A stretch of DNA of 64,000 bases from Octopus sinensis. Lineage: Eukaryota. The translations under genes and the position numbers were made by a program. Where the stretch lies: positions 10,664,001 through 10,728,000 of the forward strand of contig NC_043020.1 of the NCBI RefSeq assembly GCF_006345805.1, in the 5' to 3' direction. The notes under the pieces were generated by a model that ran no database searches, was not told where the DNA came from, and saw only the letters and a program-made list of their open reading frames with translations. Position 1 is the first letter of the stretch, and each line of letters starts with the position of its first letter. Of this stretch, positions 24,122 through 37,329 are shown piece after piece.

Positions 24122-26299
24122 CTGGGAAAAAACAAAAAACACAGACACGTGTGAAGAAAGAGTAGGAATTTGGGGGTCAATTTCTATTCCCTACAAGACC
24201 ACAGTTGGTTGTGTCAACAGAATGTCGGGCTATTTAACCCTTTAGTGTTCAGATTATTCAATCAAACATAATGCTTATTGATTCACATTGATTTGAATTA
24301 ATCATGCATTATCTCATATCTTCAAGATGTTGATGGTGTAATTACTTCATGTAGAATAACATTGTAGGGTAGGTGTGAGAGCCTGGATCTGGTCAGTTTG
24401 AACATAAAACAGATTAACTATTTTGGCCGGATATGTAACCCTTTCATTACTGCATTTATTTTGAGATGTTCTGTGTTTCTTTCAATTACTTTAAATATAA
24501 CAAAGAATTTAGTAAAATAACTCAGTTATCATTCAGCTTGTATTAGGAACATAAATTGTGACTAAGGTTTGGTGGAAGATTTTAATTGAAACCTTAAGAA
24601 AACAAGACATTTGTACAACGGAGCCAGAGCCGGTTTCAGCTGGGTTGGTAACAAAAGGGTTAAATACTAAAGGGTGAAGCAAGATACACTGATATTTAGA
24701 AATGGCTCAGTCTACACAGCTGTAAAAGTACAAAGAGCAGTATAACTTTGTATCATAAACAGTAAGAAGACTATATAGATAAAAATCATCATCATCATTG
24801 TTTAACATCCGCTTTCTATGCTAGCATGGGTTGGACGATTTTGACTGAGGGCTGATGAACCAGATGGCTGCACCAGGCTCCAATATTGATCTGGCAGAGT
24901 TTTTACAGTTGGATGCCCTTCCTAACGCCAACCACTCCGAGAGTGTAGTGGGTGCTTTTTACGTGCCACCTGCACGTAGGCCAGTCAGGCGGTACTGGCA
25001 ATGACCTCGCTTGAATCTTTTTACACATGCCACCGGCATAAAAGAAATAATAACGAGCCTTGGGAATTCCGTTTTCTTTCTTTCGTAAACTCAACGAACA
25101 CAAAAGAATTACTGACGTAAATCCAGTGGGATTTACTGTGGAAGACTTCAGGGAGCCAGATATTGTTAATTGTCTTGACCCACTTTCATTATCAGTCTAT
25201 AACATTTGGATTCATTTTTTTTTTCTTTTATTTTTTCTTTTACTTGTTTCAGTCATTTGACTGCGGCCAGGCTGGAGCACCGCCTTTAGTCGAGCAAATC
25301 GACCCCGGGACTTATTCTTTCTAAGCCCAGTGCTTATTCTATCGGTCTCTTTTTGCCGAACCGCTAAGTGACAGGACGTAAACACACCAGCATCGGTGTC
25401 AAGCAATGCTAGGGGGTCAAACACAGACACACATACATACATATGTATATATATATATACATATACATATATACGACAGGCTTCTTTCAGTTTCCGTCTA
25501 CCAAATCCACTCACAAGGCATTGGTCAGCCCGGGGCTATAGCAGAAGACACTTGCCCAAGATGCCACGCAGTGGGACTGAACCCGGAACCATGTGGTTGG
25601 TTAGCAAGCTACTTACCACACAGCCACTCCTGCGCCTATTGTACACCCATTTACTTATTTTTATATTTTATTTTATTTTTCATTTTCCATTCTTTGTAAG
25701 TTATCGTATGGATTACATGAGAAGAATTCAACCTTATAACCCAATTGCTTGCATAGACACAGAACACATTACAACTACTAAATGTATTGAAACAGAAATA
25801 AGTGAAATGGAGATTAAAAACGAGGTACTTTTTTGACAAGTCACCTGATGAGACATATTTGCACCTACCGGGCATGGCTGTGTGGTTAGGGAGCTTGCTT
25901 CCTAGCTACATGGTTTCGGGTTCAGTCCCACTGCGTGGCACTTTGGACAGGTGTCTTCCGCTATAGTCTGGAGCCGACCGAAGCTTTGTGATTGAATTCG
26001 GTTGGCGGAAGTTACTGCCGTGTGTGTACATGTGCGTGTAGGTGCTTGTGCCTCTCCAAAAGAGAGAGAGAGGGAATGCACCATAAATGTTAGTACAGCA
26101 TCTAACCTGTAAAGTACTGGTGCACAATGGGTTGAAACAATCATAGTGAATTACAAAGGGTCCTGTGAATTTCACTTTCTTTCTTTCACATTTTTATAAA
26201 CTCATTTTCTTTCTTTCATATTTTTATAAACACAAAGGAATTTCTGAAGTAAATCCAGGTAACCAAATACCATGAATAGTATTTAAACAGCATACTACA

Positions 26300-27330
26300 A
26301 ACAAAACAGATTCCATCACACTCCAGGGGGAGAAACTAGAAGTAATTGATAGCTTTTGCTACATAGATGACCAAGTTAGTAGTGGGGGTGGATGCTCAGA
26401 GTGTTACCACAAGAATACGAATAGCCTGGGCAAAGTTTATAAAGCTTCTACCCCTACTGGTGACAAAGGGCCTCTCGCTCAGAGTGAAAGGTAGATTGTA
26501 CGATGCATGTGTGCAAACTGCCATGCTCCACAGCAGTGAAACATGGGCCATGACTGCAGAGGACATGCGTAGGCTCATAAGAAAAGAATCTAGCATGGTC
26601 TGCTGGATGTCTAATGTCAGTGTGCACACACGACATAGTACAGGTGCCCTGAGAGAAATGTTGGACATAAGAAGCATTGGATGTGGTGTGCAAGAGAGTT
26701 GTTTGTGCTGGTATGGTCATGTACTATGGATGGATGAGGAGAAATGTGTGAAGAAGTGCCACTCCCAAACAGTGGAAGGAATCTGGGGTAGAGGCAGACC
26801 CAGGAAGACATGGGATGAGGTGATCAAGCATGACCTTCGAACGTTGGGCCTCAGCGAGGCAATGATGAAAGACTGAAACCTCTGGAGATATGCTGTGACT
26901 GCAAAGACCCGACAAATAAAGTGAGTTCACGGCTGTATCCTACACCAGTTTTGCATAACCAGCTCCAGCACATTCAAAAGTACCTTGGATCATAGGGTGA
27001 CCTGCTGTGCTTGAGGAGACCTATTGAGTCAAGTACATCAACATCAAAATAAAAATAAAATGGAAATTGTAGTTGTGATACCCATGCCAGTGGCACATAA
27101 AAAGCACCAACTGATCGTGGACATTGCCTGGCCCCTGTGCCGATGGCATGTAAAAAGCACCCTCTACAATCATAGAGTGGTTGGCGTCAGGAAGGGCATC
27201 CTGCTGTAGAAACACTGCCAGATCAGACTGGAGCCTGGTGCAGCCTCTTGGCTTCCCAGACCCCGGTCGAACCATCCAACCCATGCTAGCATGGAAAACA
27301 GACGTTAAACGATGATGATGATGATGATGA
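26300..27330 (+). mobile_element. 5'-truncated, decayed RTE-clade LINE (C-terminal ORF plus 3' UTR and (GAT)n tail)
   Basis: ORF 26367-26876 is homologous to 50270-50815 (RIRIAWAKF, GRLYDACV, LxWYGHV, GRPRKTW). Confidence 0.9.
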
Positions 27331-27743
27331 CTACAAGGTGTATACCAGAATGTCAAATTATTACTTTTATATTGATACTAGTAGAGGTACTCAGAGTTGC
27401 TCAGGATTAAAATGGTATAGTTTCTTTATTGTTTAACTTGTTTCAGTCATGTGACTGCAGCCATGCTGGAGCACTGCCTTTAGCCGAAGAAATCAAACCC
27501 AGGATTTATTCTTTGTAAGCCTAGTACTTATTCTATAGGTGTGTTTTGCCAAACGGCTAAGTTACAGGTACGTAAACACAGCAACATTGGTTGTCAAGCA
27601 ATGGTGAGGGCACAAACACAGCACACACATACAAATATAGAAATATAAACAACAGTCCTCTTTCAATTTCCATGTATAAAATCCAGTCACAAAGCTTTGG
27701 CAGGCCTGAGGCTAGAGTGTATATATATATATATATATATATC

Positions 27744-29247
27744 TTAGAAAAAATAAGGTACTCAGAAATCTGGATGGTTGTACATTTACAGATTTTTATT
27801 AATATATCACATGTTTTTATAAATCATATATTAGCACTTGCATCTACTCTAGTAGATTCTTCAGATTTGAAGTTCTTGAGGGGATTCCTCTCTTTTTATA
27901 GTATTATTGAGTGTGTAGGGGTGGAGAGAGATATAGGACAGTAAAGGAGGGTAAGGAATGGGGAGAAATTGAGAGTGTGTGTGTTTTTTATGCGTGTGTG
28001 TGCCTGTGTATCTGAAAGGAGAGTCAATGGAAAAGAGAAGGAAAGAAAGAAGGAAGAAAGAAAGAAGAAAAAAATGTATTTATATCTATACAGCTGGTCA
28101 GTTCTTTCAAAAGAAAGTGATGAGTTGATTCTTGGCCTTTAAAAATGGCAAAACCAAGTGGCTACTCTAAGGAAGAGGGGAGGGTCTTGTTTTGATAAAA
28201 GTTATTTTTCAAAAAATTGTCATGATCATCATCTTTGTCCGATTTTGATTCCTCGTACTGGTATGGGCTGGAAAATCTGGATGTAAAATTGTCGTCCTCA
28301 TTGTCCAGTGAGAGAGAGAGAGAGTGTGTTTTTTTTGTATGTGTATGTGTGCAAGCGTATGTGTATGTGTGTGCCTGTGTATCTGAAAGAGGTGTCAATA
28401 GAAAAGAGAAGGAAAGAAAGAAGGAAGAAATGAAGAAGAAAAAATTGTGTTTACATCTCTACAGCTGGTCAGTTCTTTCAATAGAAGATGAAAAGTTGGT
28501 TAATAAAAGTTATTTTTCAAAAATATTTTTTTTTTGTTTAAAGAACAGAACAGCTGTATAGATGTAAACACATTTTAGTCTTCTTCCTTTCTTCCTTCTT
28601 TCTTTCCTTCTCTTTTCCATTGACACTCCTTTCAGATACACATACACACACACACACAAAAAAACACACTCTCTCTCTCACTGCACAATGATGATGACAA
28701 TCTTACATCCAGATTTTCCAGCCCATACCAGCAAGAGGAATCAAACATTGGACAAGGATGATGATGATGATGATGATGATAATATATCCAGACAAACTTT
28801 TGAAAAATAACTTTTACCAAAACAAGACCCTCTCCCCTTCCTTAGAGTAGCCACTTAGTTTTGCCATTCTTAAAGGCCAAGAATCAACTCCTCACTTTCT
28901 AATGAAAGAACTGACCAGCTGTATAGATGTAAATACATTTTTTTCTTCTTTCTCTCTTCCTTCTTTCTTTCCTTCTCTTTTCCATTGACACTCCTTTCAG
29001 ATACACACACACTCTCTCTCAATTTCTCCCCATTCCCCACCCTCTTTTACTACCCTATATCTCTCACCACCCCTACACACTCAATAATACTATAAAAAGA
29101 GAGGAATCCCCTCAAAAACTTCAAATCTGAAGAATCTACTAGAGTAGATGCAAGCGCTAATATATGATTTATAAAAATATGTGACATATTAATAAAAATG
29201 TGTAAATATAAAACCATCCAGAATTCTGAGTACCTTATTTCTTCTAA
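27744..29247. mobile_element. ~1.5-kb foldback/MITE-like palindrome
   Basis: Termini TTAGAAAAAATAAGGTACTCAG...CTGAGTACCTTATTTCTTCTAA; arms ~27744-28480 and ~28541-29247 are reverse complements with a ~60-nt spacer. Confidence 0.9.
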
Positions 29248-30955
29248 TACACACACACACACACATATACGTATGTCTGTGTATGTGTGTATATATATAT
29301 ATATACACACACATTAGATAAAACTAAATAGAGAGATAATATAATTATAACATAAAATAATATACTATGAATATAATATTACATAATATAACATTACATA
29401 ATATAACATACCAATTGTTTTCATAACATTTTTAATGCTTTGAATTAAATGTGACTATTTTGCAAAGCCGGGCAATACTGCTAGTCTTTCTATAAAATGG
29501 AAAGTTACATTGCGAAACAGTCATTTTAACAAGCTGTATGTATTTATCACATTTTAACAAGCTGTATGTATCTATCATATACATCTGCACTACCGGATGT
29601 CCTTGAACCAGTTGTTGAGCGTCCCACCCATGAGGAATCGATGCTAGATGTGTAGAAACAATTCACTGGTACATCAGTTGAACACCACATAAATATGGGT
29701 ATAATATATTACACCCATATTTATGTGCTATTCAACTAACATATCAGTGACTTGGATGTGTTACACACCCCTTTGAAGGTATTCTTTTGCTTAGTTTGTT
29801 ACTATATTTATACATCTATACATATCCATGTATACATATACATCTATATAAACACTATATAGATACATGCATATGTGCAGATATATATACATTCATACAT
29901 GCATGCATACATACATACATATACACACACACACATTGTGTGTGTATGTAATGTGAGATAATAGCTTCACTATCAATATATTATATATATAGTGAAACTA
30001 TTAATAGGGAAAATATTATCTCAAATTACAACAGAGATGTTATTGTTTAACATAATACACTCGCGGAGTGGTTGGCATTAGGAAGGGCATCCAGCTGTAG
30101 AAACTCTGCCAGATCAGACAGGAGCCTGGTGCAGCCCCTGGCTTCCCAGACCACGGTCGAACCGTCCAACCCGTGCTAGCGCGGAAAACGGATGATGATG
30201 ATGATGATGATGAATACTGAAACAGTTTAAGAGATTGCTCCAGGCTTGCATTAGGCAAGATATTGAAAATATTGTTGGCCCATGACACTCCATGGACCCT
30301 AAGTAGTGCCTGTGTAAAATATGAATGAAATCGGTTGAGTAGTTCTCGAGTTTTAGTGGTGCACACATACAGGCACACACACATACTCAGTTTATATAAA
30401 CGGCATAATTTTTTTTTTATTGTTTTACCTGTTTCAGTCATGTGATTGCGGCCATGGTGGAGCACCGCCTTTAGTTGAAGAAATCGACCCCAGGACTTAT
30501 TCTTTGTAAGCCTAGTACTTATTCTATCAGTGACTTTTGCTGAACTGCTAAGTTATGCAAATGTAAACACAGCAACATCGGTTGTCAAGCAATGGCAGGG
30601 GTACAAACACACACACACACACAAATATACACATATATACAATAGTCTTCTTTCAGTTTCTGTGTATGAAATTCACTCACAAGGCCTACATACATACATG
30701 TAAACAAATATATATATATGAAAATCAGACAAATGTGCAAAAGCTGCAGGAAAAATAACATTGTTATGGGAATTTCTACTCAAACGTACACTTGACCTCA
30801 CAAAAATCGAAGTCAACTGAGCATTATCAAGGTTTTGAAAAATTCCAGTCTTATTTGAACTTAAGGGCATGTGATCTACCTATGTGCCAAAAGTCATTAA
30901 AATCAGTTGGACGGTGTGGGAGGAGTTAGAGTAACCACAAACACCATTACACATT

Positions 30956-31002
<47 letters not shown>

Positions 31003-31005
<3 letters not shown>

Positions 31006-31295
31006 GAGGCGCAATGGCCCGACGGACTCACGGTCGTAGGATCGCAGTTTCGATTCCCATACCGGGTGTTGTGAGTGTTCATTGAGCGAAAACACCCAAA
31101 GCTCCACAAGGCTCCGGCAGGGGGTGGTGGCGATCTCTGTTGTACTCTTTCGCCACAACTTTTTCTCACTCTTTCTTCTGTTGGCCTGCTCGCTTAGCCA
31201 AGCGGGGTGGCGTCATTTGAAGGCTAAAACAATGCGAAGCGCATTGTGACCAGCGATGTGTAGCAACATCTGATAGGCTGATTGGTCACGGTGAT
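31003..31295 (+). mobile_element. tRNA-derived SINE, family C
   Basis: GGAGGCGCAATGGCC head with B-box-like TTTCGATTCCC. Other copies at about 22330-22635(-) and 52432-52740(+); related heads with different tails at 21715-22010, 56177-56520, 11755-12010 and 18775-19090(-). Confidence 0.82.
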
Positions 31296-31319
31296 ATATA
31301 TATACACACACAAATAAAT

Positions 31320-31745
31320 ACGATAAATGCCCAAGCAGAGAAAAATCAAAATGTCCTTTGATGAACCTCTGTATGAGTACAAATCTTGTATATAAATGTA
31401 CAGTGCAGACAAGGGGAGGGCCGTATGTTTACATTGGGCAGACGGCGCTGATTCATTTAAGAATCGTTATTGTAACCATGTTGCCAGCTTTAAGACAATC
31501 AATAAGAGACATTCGACATCTTTGACAGATTTTGTATGGCAACTGAAGGAGGATAAAATGAAGTACAGCATTAAGTGGTCCATAGTAAGGCATGTGAAAC
31601 CATACAAAATAATTTCCAGGAGATGTTGTCTCTGCTCTGAGAAATCCCCTGTCTATTCTGTGGAATAACGAGAAGATCATTAATAGAACTGAACGACTCT
31701 CGAGATGCCTACACGCATACAAATGTACTTTTGCACAATCCAGTG
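31320..31745 (+). mobile_element. Penelope-like element relic: GIY-YIG endonuclease region, probably followed by a decayed pLTR to about 32300
   Basis: KSKCPLMNLCMSTNLVYKCTV...FKNRYCNHVASF...TSLTDFVWQLK...IKWSIV...RCCLCSEK...INRTERLSRCLH across frameshifts. Confidence 0.75.
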
Positions 31746-32426
31746 AGAATGAATTTTGAGTTACCGTTAACTTAATTTAATTTAGTTTAAGATATGGATG
31801 ACTTAAGATTACTTTTAATTTCCCCATTCTTATAAACACCAAGTTGATAGCTAACTCACTTTGTGATCATGAGTGCACCAAACCTCATGTGTATGCATGC
31901 TCACATTTTTGCGGATGCTTGTATGCCCAGGGGCATTTATACGCCCATAACTGTTAATAGTTGTTTTTAACACTTTTCTCACAGGATTGTGTGTTCATTT
32001 CTCTTTTTGCCATCTGTGATTTTATTTTTGATCTTCTATATAAATGAAAATATTTTCTCCGTCTGGCTGCTTTTCTCTCTACAAAACGGAAAGTTACATT
32101 GCGAAACAGTTGTTTTAACAAGTTGTATTTATTTATCACCCAACGAGATACATCTGCACCACTGGATGCCTCTGAACCAGTTGTTGAGTGTCCCACCCAT
32201 GAGGAATCAATGCTAGGCATGTAGAAACAATTGTCGTAATTAATAATAAATTCTCGTATGTTCCATCTTCCATCTTTTATTTGCCATATACACACACACA
32301 CACGTATCATCATCATCAAATGTTATATGTATGTAGAATTCTACTTATACAGAGTGAGTGTGAAAATTAAATCACTTTGCCTTGGAAACATGCTTTAAAA
32401 GGAAAATACTAGACAGAACATCTTAC

Positions 32427-32583
32427 CTCTTCTCCATTTTCAATGACCATAGAGATTTTGTCATCAGGATCAAGAAGGGCCCCAGATTTCGTGGTCAGCG
32501 ACAGAATTGGCTTCAACTGGCACTGGGCATAGACACGGCGAGAGGTCTCTTGATTGAGCCAAAGTATTGTTTTCAAACGATCA
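32427..32583 (-). CDS. TONSL: TONSL exon: ubiquitin-like domain
   Basis: GTTCCAG|T...GAG|GTAAGA; (S)DRLKTILWLNQETSRRVYAQCQLKPILSLTTKSGALLDPDDKISMVIENGEE, similar to human VAWLAEQAAQRYY...GALLAPQDLI; 157 nt, phase 2/0. Confidence 0.92.
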
Positions 32584-32756
32584 CTGGAACAGACAATTTA
32601 TTAAGTAAACAAGAACCAACACAAGAACACACACACACACATGCATGCACAAACTTCCACATACAAATGCATACACACATCTATAAATGCATGAACAGAT
32701 CTCTTTCTGTAAATCTATGAATAAATTTTACATTGAATTTTCCAAACTGATGTGCC

Positions 32757-33480
32757 AGTAGCATGTAAAAAGCACCAACCGTTCGTGGCCGTTGCCAGCC
32801 TGCCCTGGCATGTAAAAAGCACCATCCGTACGTGGCCGATGCCAGCGCCACCGTGACTGGCTTCCGTGCCAATGGCACGTAAAAAACACCAACTGTTCGT
32901 GGCCGTTGCCAGCCTGCCCTGGCATGTAAAAAGCACCATCCATACGTGGCCGATGCCAGCGCCACCGTGACTGGCTTCCGTGCCAATGGCACGTAAAAAA
33001 CACCAACCGTTCGTGGCCGTTGCCAGCCTGCCCTGGCATGTAAAAAGCACCATCCATACGTGGCCGATGCCAGCGCCACCGTGACTGGCTTCCGTGCCAA
33101 TGGCACGTAAAAAACACCAACCGTTCGTGGCCGTTGCCAGCCTGCCCTGGCATGTAAAAAGCACCATCCATACGTGGCCGATGCCAGCGCCACCGTGACT
33201 GGCTTCCGTGCCAATGGCACGTAAAAAACACCAACCGTTCGTGGCCGTTGCCAGCCTGCCCTGGCATGTAAAAAGCACCATCCATACGTGGCCGATGCCA
33301 GCGCCACCGTGACTGGCTTCCGTGCCAATGGCATGTAAAAAGCACCAACTGTTCGTGGCCGTTGCCAGCCTGCCCTGGCATGTAAAAAGCACCATCCATA
33401 CGTGGCCGATGCCAGCACCGCCTTGACTGGCTTCCATGCCGGTGGCACATAAAAAGCACCAGCCGATCATGGCCGTTGCC
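32757..33480 (+). repeat. Array of 6 near-identical 114-nt units within an RTE 3'-UTR copy (tail ends about 33700)
   Basis: TGCCCTGGCATGTAAAAAGC at 32801, 32915, 33029, 33143, 33257 and 33371. Confidence 0.92.
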
Positions 33481-34092
33481 AGCCTCCCCTGGCACCTGTG
33501 TCGGTGGCACGTAAAAAGCACCCACTACACTCTCAGAGTGGTTGGCGTTAGGAAGGGCATCCAGCTGTAGAAACACTGCCAGATCAGACTGGAGCCTGGT
33601 GCAGCCTTCTGGTTTCCCAGCCCCCAGTCGAACCAGCCAACCCATGCTGGCATGGAAAACGGACGTTAAACGATGATGATGATGATGATGATGATGGTAG
33701 TGGTGGTTGTAGGGATGGTCATGGTCGAGGTGATGAGGAAGTTATACATCTTTTCATTTATCTTTATCTTAGAGTGCGAGCACCTCTAATTGAAAAATTG
33801 TGGATTTGTATAAAGGACACGCACACAGACATTTTGCCGTTTATATATATAGAGATATTAGTAAGAATTGTATAAAAATTGTTAAAATATTTTTGTGTAT
33901 TGTGGAAGTATAACCAATTTATCACACATAAACTTTACTGGCCTGAAGCACAGTTTTTTTTTTTTTGTCATGGCCCCTGAAAAATAACCATGGATCCCCA
34001 ATTTACTATGTTTGCATCTATAGAGCCCCAGGGTCCGTACGGACACTAGTTGAGAACCCCTGCTTTAAATTTTGGTAAAGTTAATCTTGTGT

Positions 34093-34240
34093 TAGATGTA
34101 GATAGATTGTAGGTAGATGTAGATAGATTGGGCTTACCTGGGGGATGTAGATAGATTGGGCTTACCTGGGGGATGTAGATAGATTGTGTTAGATGTAGAT
34201 AGATTGTTTTAGATGTAGATAGATTGAGCTTACCTGGGGG
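34093..34240 (-). repeat. Minisatellite containing three copies of the TONSL 5' splice site
   Basis: CTTACCTGGGGG at 34133-34144, 34161-34172 and 34229-34240, among TAGATGTAGATAGATTG units. Confidence 0.92.
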
Positions 34241-35076
34241 AAAGAGGTACACAGAAGTAGAGTGTGCCAACCTTAATATACACTTTGGACACCATCTGGA
34301 CCATTCCAGAGGAAACGTTGTCAGTTCTTAACTGCAGTGATGATGATGATGATGATGATGTAGATGGTTTCTTTATTGAATCCGTGAAGTTTGCAGCATC
34401 AGCCAAATTGTGATCAGAATTATGATGGAATATCTGTGAAAGTGTGTCAGCCTCTTGGTTCGACTCAGGTATAAATGAAGAACCAAATCTATTCTCACTA
34501 CTAAACTGGTGTTGTTCAGCAAAGGTGCTGCCGATGGTATCAGGTAAATTAATGTCAAGATTTGACGGAGGTAGAGAGTTGCTGCTGGCACTGCTGTCAT
34601 TGCTGTTATTGTCATCTTCCTCGTCAATAACAGAATATGTCCTTGACTTGAAGCGCCTTAAGGAGGAGGAGGAACCTGGTTTCGTCGCTGTGATGGAGGA
34701 TGAAGAATCCTTACACTCAGAACTTTTCCGAACAGCTGTTCCTGTGGTAAAACAATTACCCCTCGGAGCAAGACGTTTCCGTTTGGACGGTTGGACATCT
34801 TCAATAAGCCAATCGCTATCGACATATTTTTCTGATGAGATCAAAGCTGTCTTCCTGGATCCACCTTTGTTGCGTCGCCGCAGCGATTTGCTGCTGCACT
34901 CATTTTTGTGCAAACGCTGTCTTGCACTACTACCCACAGTTGACATGGCATTCCTGTAAGCATCAGTTGCCGATTCCTGCTCAATGATGTTTCTGCCATT
35001 GATGTTGCGTAATTCTGTTTCAGAGTCTGATGATCCCCCAGTAGAATTATCATCTTCAATAAACTCCGATAGATTG
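34234..35076 (-). CDS. TONSL: TONSL large exon: Ser/acidic linker and start of ubiquitin-like domain
   Basis: TTTATTCAG|C...CCCAG|GTAAGC; 843-nt open frame containing SDWLIEDV and ending KVYIKVGTLYFCVPLSP; phase 2/2. Confidence 0.9.
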
Positions 35077-36753
35077 CTGAATAAAAAAAAAGAAAAAAAA
35101 GAGAGGTGGTAGAGAAAAAAAAAACTAAAATAAATATATAAAATAATTTTAAAAAAAAACAAGCTCCAATCAATTTTAATCAAAATCGATGAACATCAAT
35201 GGAATTTGTAGTTTTGTGGTACCAGTGCCGGTGGCACATAAGAAAACCATCTGAATGTGGCCGTAGCCAGTACCGCATCGACTGGCCTCCGTGCTGGTAG
35301 CACATAAAAACACCATCCGAGCGTGGCCGTTCGCCAGCCTCGTCTGGCACCTGTGTCGGTGGCACATAAAAAGCACCCACTACACTCACGGAGTGGTTGG
35401 CGTTAGGAAGGGCATCCAGCTGTAGAAACACTGCCAGATCTGACTGGCCTGGTGCAGCCTTCGGGCTTCCCAGACCCCAGTTGAACCGTCCAGCCCATGC
35501 TAGCATGGAAAGCGGATGTTAAACGATGATGAATAATAATAAGTTTCTGTTGAGTCTGGGGAGAGTCATTTTATTTTGTGCCTTGTAATTTAACACAATC
35601 ACCGGTAAAATTTCCACTTATTTCTTATTTTTATTTTCCTAAAACTTTCGTTGCATCTTGCAACCTTTTCAAAAACAAAAAATAATAGTTTCAAATTTCG
35701 GCATAGGGCTAGCACCTTTTGGGGGAAGGGAAAGTTGATTAATCAATTCCAGTACTTGACAGGTAGTTATTTTAATCAACCCCCAAAAGAATGAAAGGCA
35801 AAAAAAAAAAAAAAACCTCAGCAGAATTTGAACTCAGACTGTAGAGATGGATGATCCTAACATTTCCTTAATGATTTAGTGTTAAGGTTATTCTATCAAT
35901 CATAATGCTTATAAATTCACATTGTATTGAATTCATCATGCATTATCTCATATCCTTGAGTTTTCAATGATGTGATTGTCTAGAGAAGAATAACATTGTA
36001 AGGTAGACGTGAAAGCCTGGAATCTGGTCAGTTTAAACATGAAACAAATGGGAAAATTTGGATGGATATGGCTGGTTTAAATGCTAAAGGGTTAAGATAT
36101 ATAGAATAATAATGTAGTCCTAGATACTCTCTTTTACTCTTTTACTTGTTTCAGTCATTTGACTGCGGCTATGCTGGAGCACGGCCTTTAGTCGAGCAAA
36201 TCGACCCCGGGACTTATTCTTTGTAAGCCCAGTACTTATTCTATCTGTGTCTTTTGCCGAACCGCTAAGTGACGGGGATGTAAACACACCAGCATCGGTT
36301 GTCAAGCAATGCTAGGGGGACAAACACAGACACACAAACACACACAGATACATATATATATATACATATATACGACAGGCTTCTTTCAGTTTCCGTCTAC
36401 AGAATCCACTCACAAGGCATTGGTCGGCCCGGGGCTATAGCAGAAGACACTTGTCCAAGATGCCACGCAGTGGGACTGAACCCGGAACCATGTGGTTGGT
36501 TAGCAAGCTACTTACCACACAGCCACTCCTGCACCTATACACAATGTCTGAAAAAAAAAAAAGGAAACCCAAAAGATGGAAATATCATAGCTTGGATGTC
36601 TTTTATCCTACATCCAATCCTTTGCCAACCCTTAAGTAAGGGGCAGCTAGACGGGAGGAGGAGTTAACAATTAAACACACATCAAAATAATGTAACCTTA
36701 TTTTTTGTTCTTCAATGTCAAAATAAAAGATGAATTAATTAAAAGATATTTAC

Positions 36754-36886
36754 TCTTTCGGTCTTTTTCTGTCTCTCTTCTTGCGGGACGTCTCATTAAT
36801 TAGAGGAGGGCTATCATTGTCATCAGAGTTATCGGAACCCCAGTTCATTGACGTTACGGCTAATTTCTGGCGCAAAACACTGACAT
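36754..36886 (-). CDS. TONSL: TONSL exon: start of low-complexity linker
   Basis: CCCACTAG|AT...GA|GTAAAT; (D)VSVLRQKLAVTSMNWGSDNSDDNDSPPLINETSRKKRDRKRPK; 133 nt, phase 1/2, exactly the phase change needed to join the flanking exons. Confidence 0.8.
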
Positions 36887-36936
36887 CTAGTGGGAAATGG
36901 AGAGACACATATATTAAATTAAATGCAAAAAAATGA

Positions 36937-37244
36937 TTGCAGCGTGGAAGGTGTTTGTAAGCCATTTAAGAAACACACAAAAGCTGTTCGATTCACTTCA
37001 ACATTTAAGTTTAATTTGGCAAAATATTTTCGTCGCTTTAAGACCGCGACCTGTTCACTGACAAAAATCTGTGCTGCATCTGAGAAAGTAACAGTTATAT
37101 ATATGTACGTATGTACATACGTACATATATATAACGAACTAAAAACGACGAAAATATTTTGACAAATTAAACTTAAATGTTGAAGTGAATCGAACGGCTT
37201 TTGTGTGTTTCTTAAATGGCTTACAAACACCTTCCACGCTGCAA
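36937..37244. repeat. Inverted repeat (99-bp arms, ~110-nt spacer)
   Basis: 36937-37035 is the reverse complement of 37146-37244 with few mismatches. Confidence 0.92.
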
Positions 37245-37329
37245 TTGTTTTCGTTTCAGCACACGATCTCAGATCAGGTCACTTGCTATGCAAGTACATC
37301 TCCGTAATTACAAAAAAATGATATACACA

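Noticed and set aside
25030-25215. Unique open stretch (GIPFSFFRKLNEHKRITDVNPVGF...)
   Set aside because: No recognisable family and no splice signals fitting TONSL.
32681-33645. Three overlapping 255-305-aa repetitive ORFs
   Set aside because: Artefact of the 114-nt (multiple of 3) tandem array in an RTE 3' UTR.
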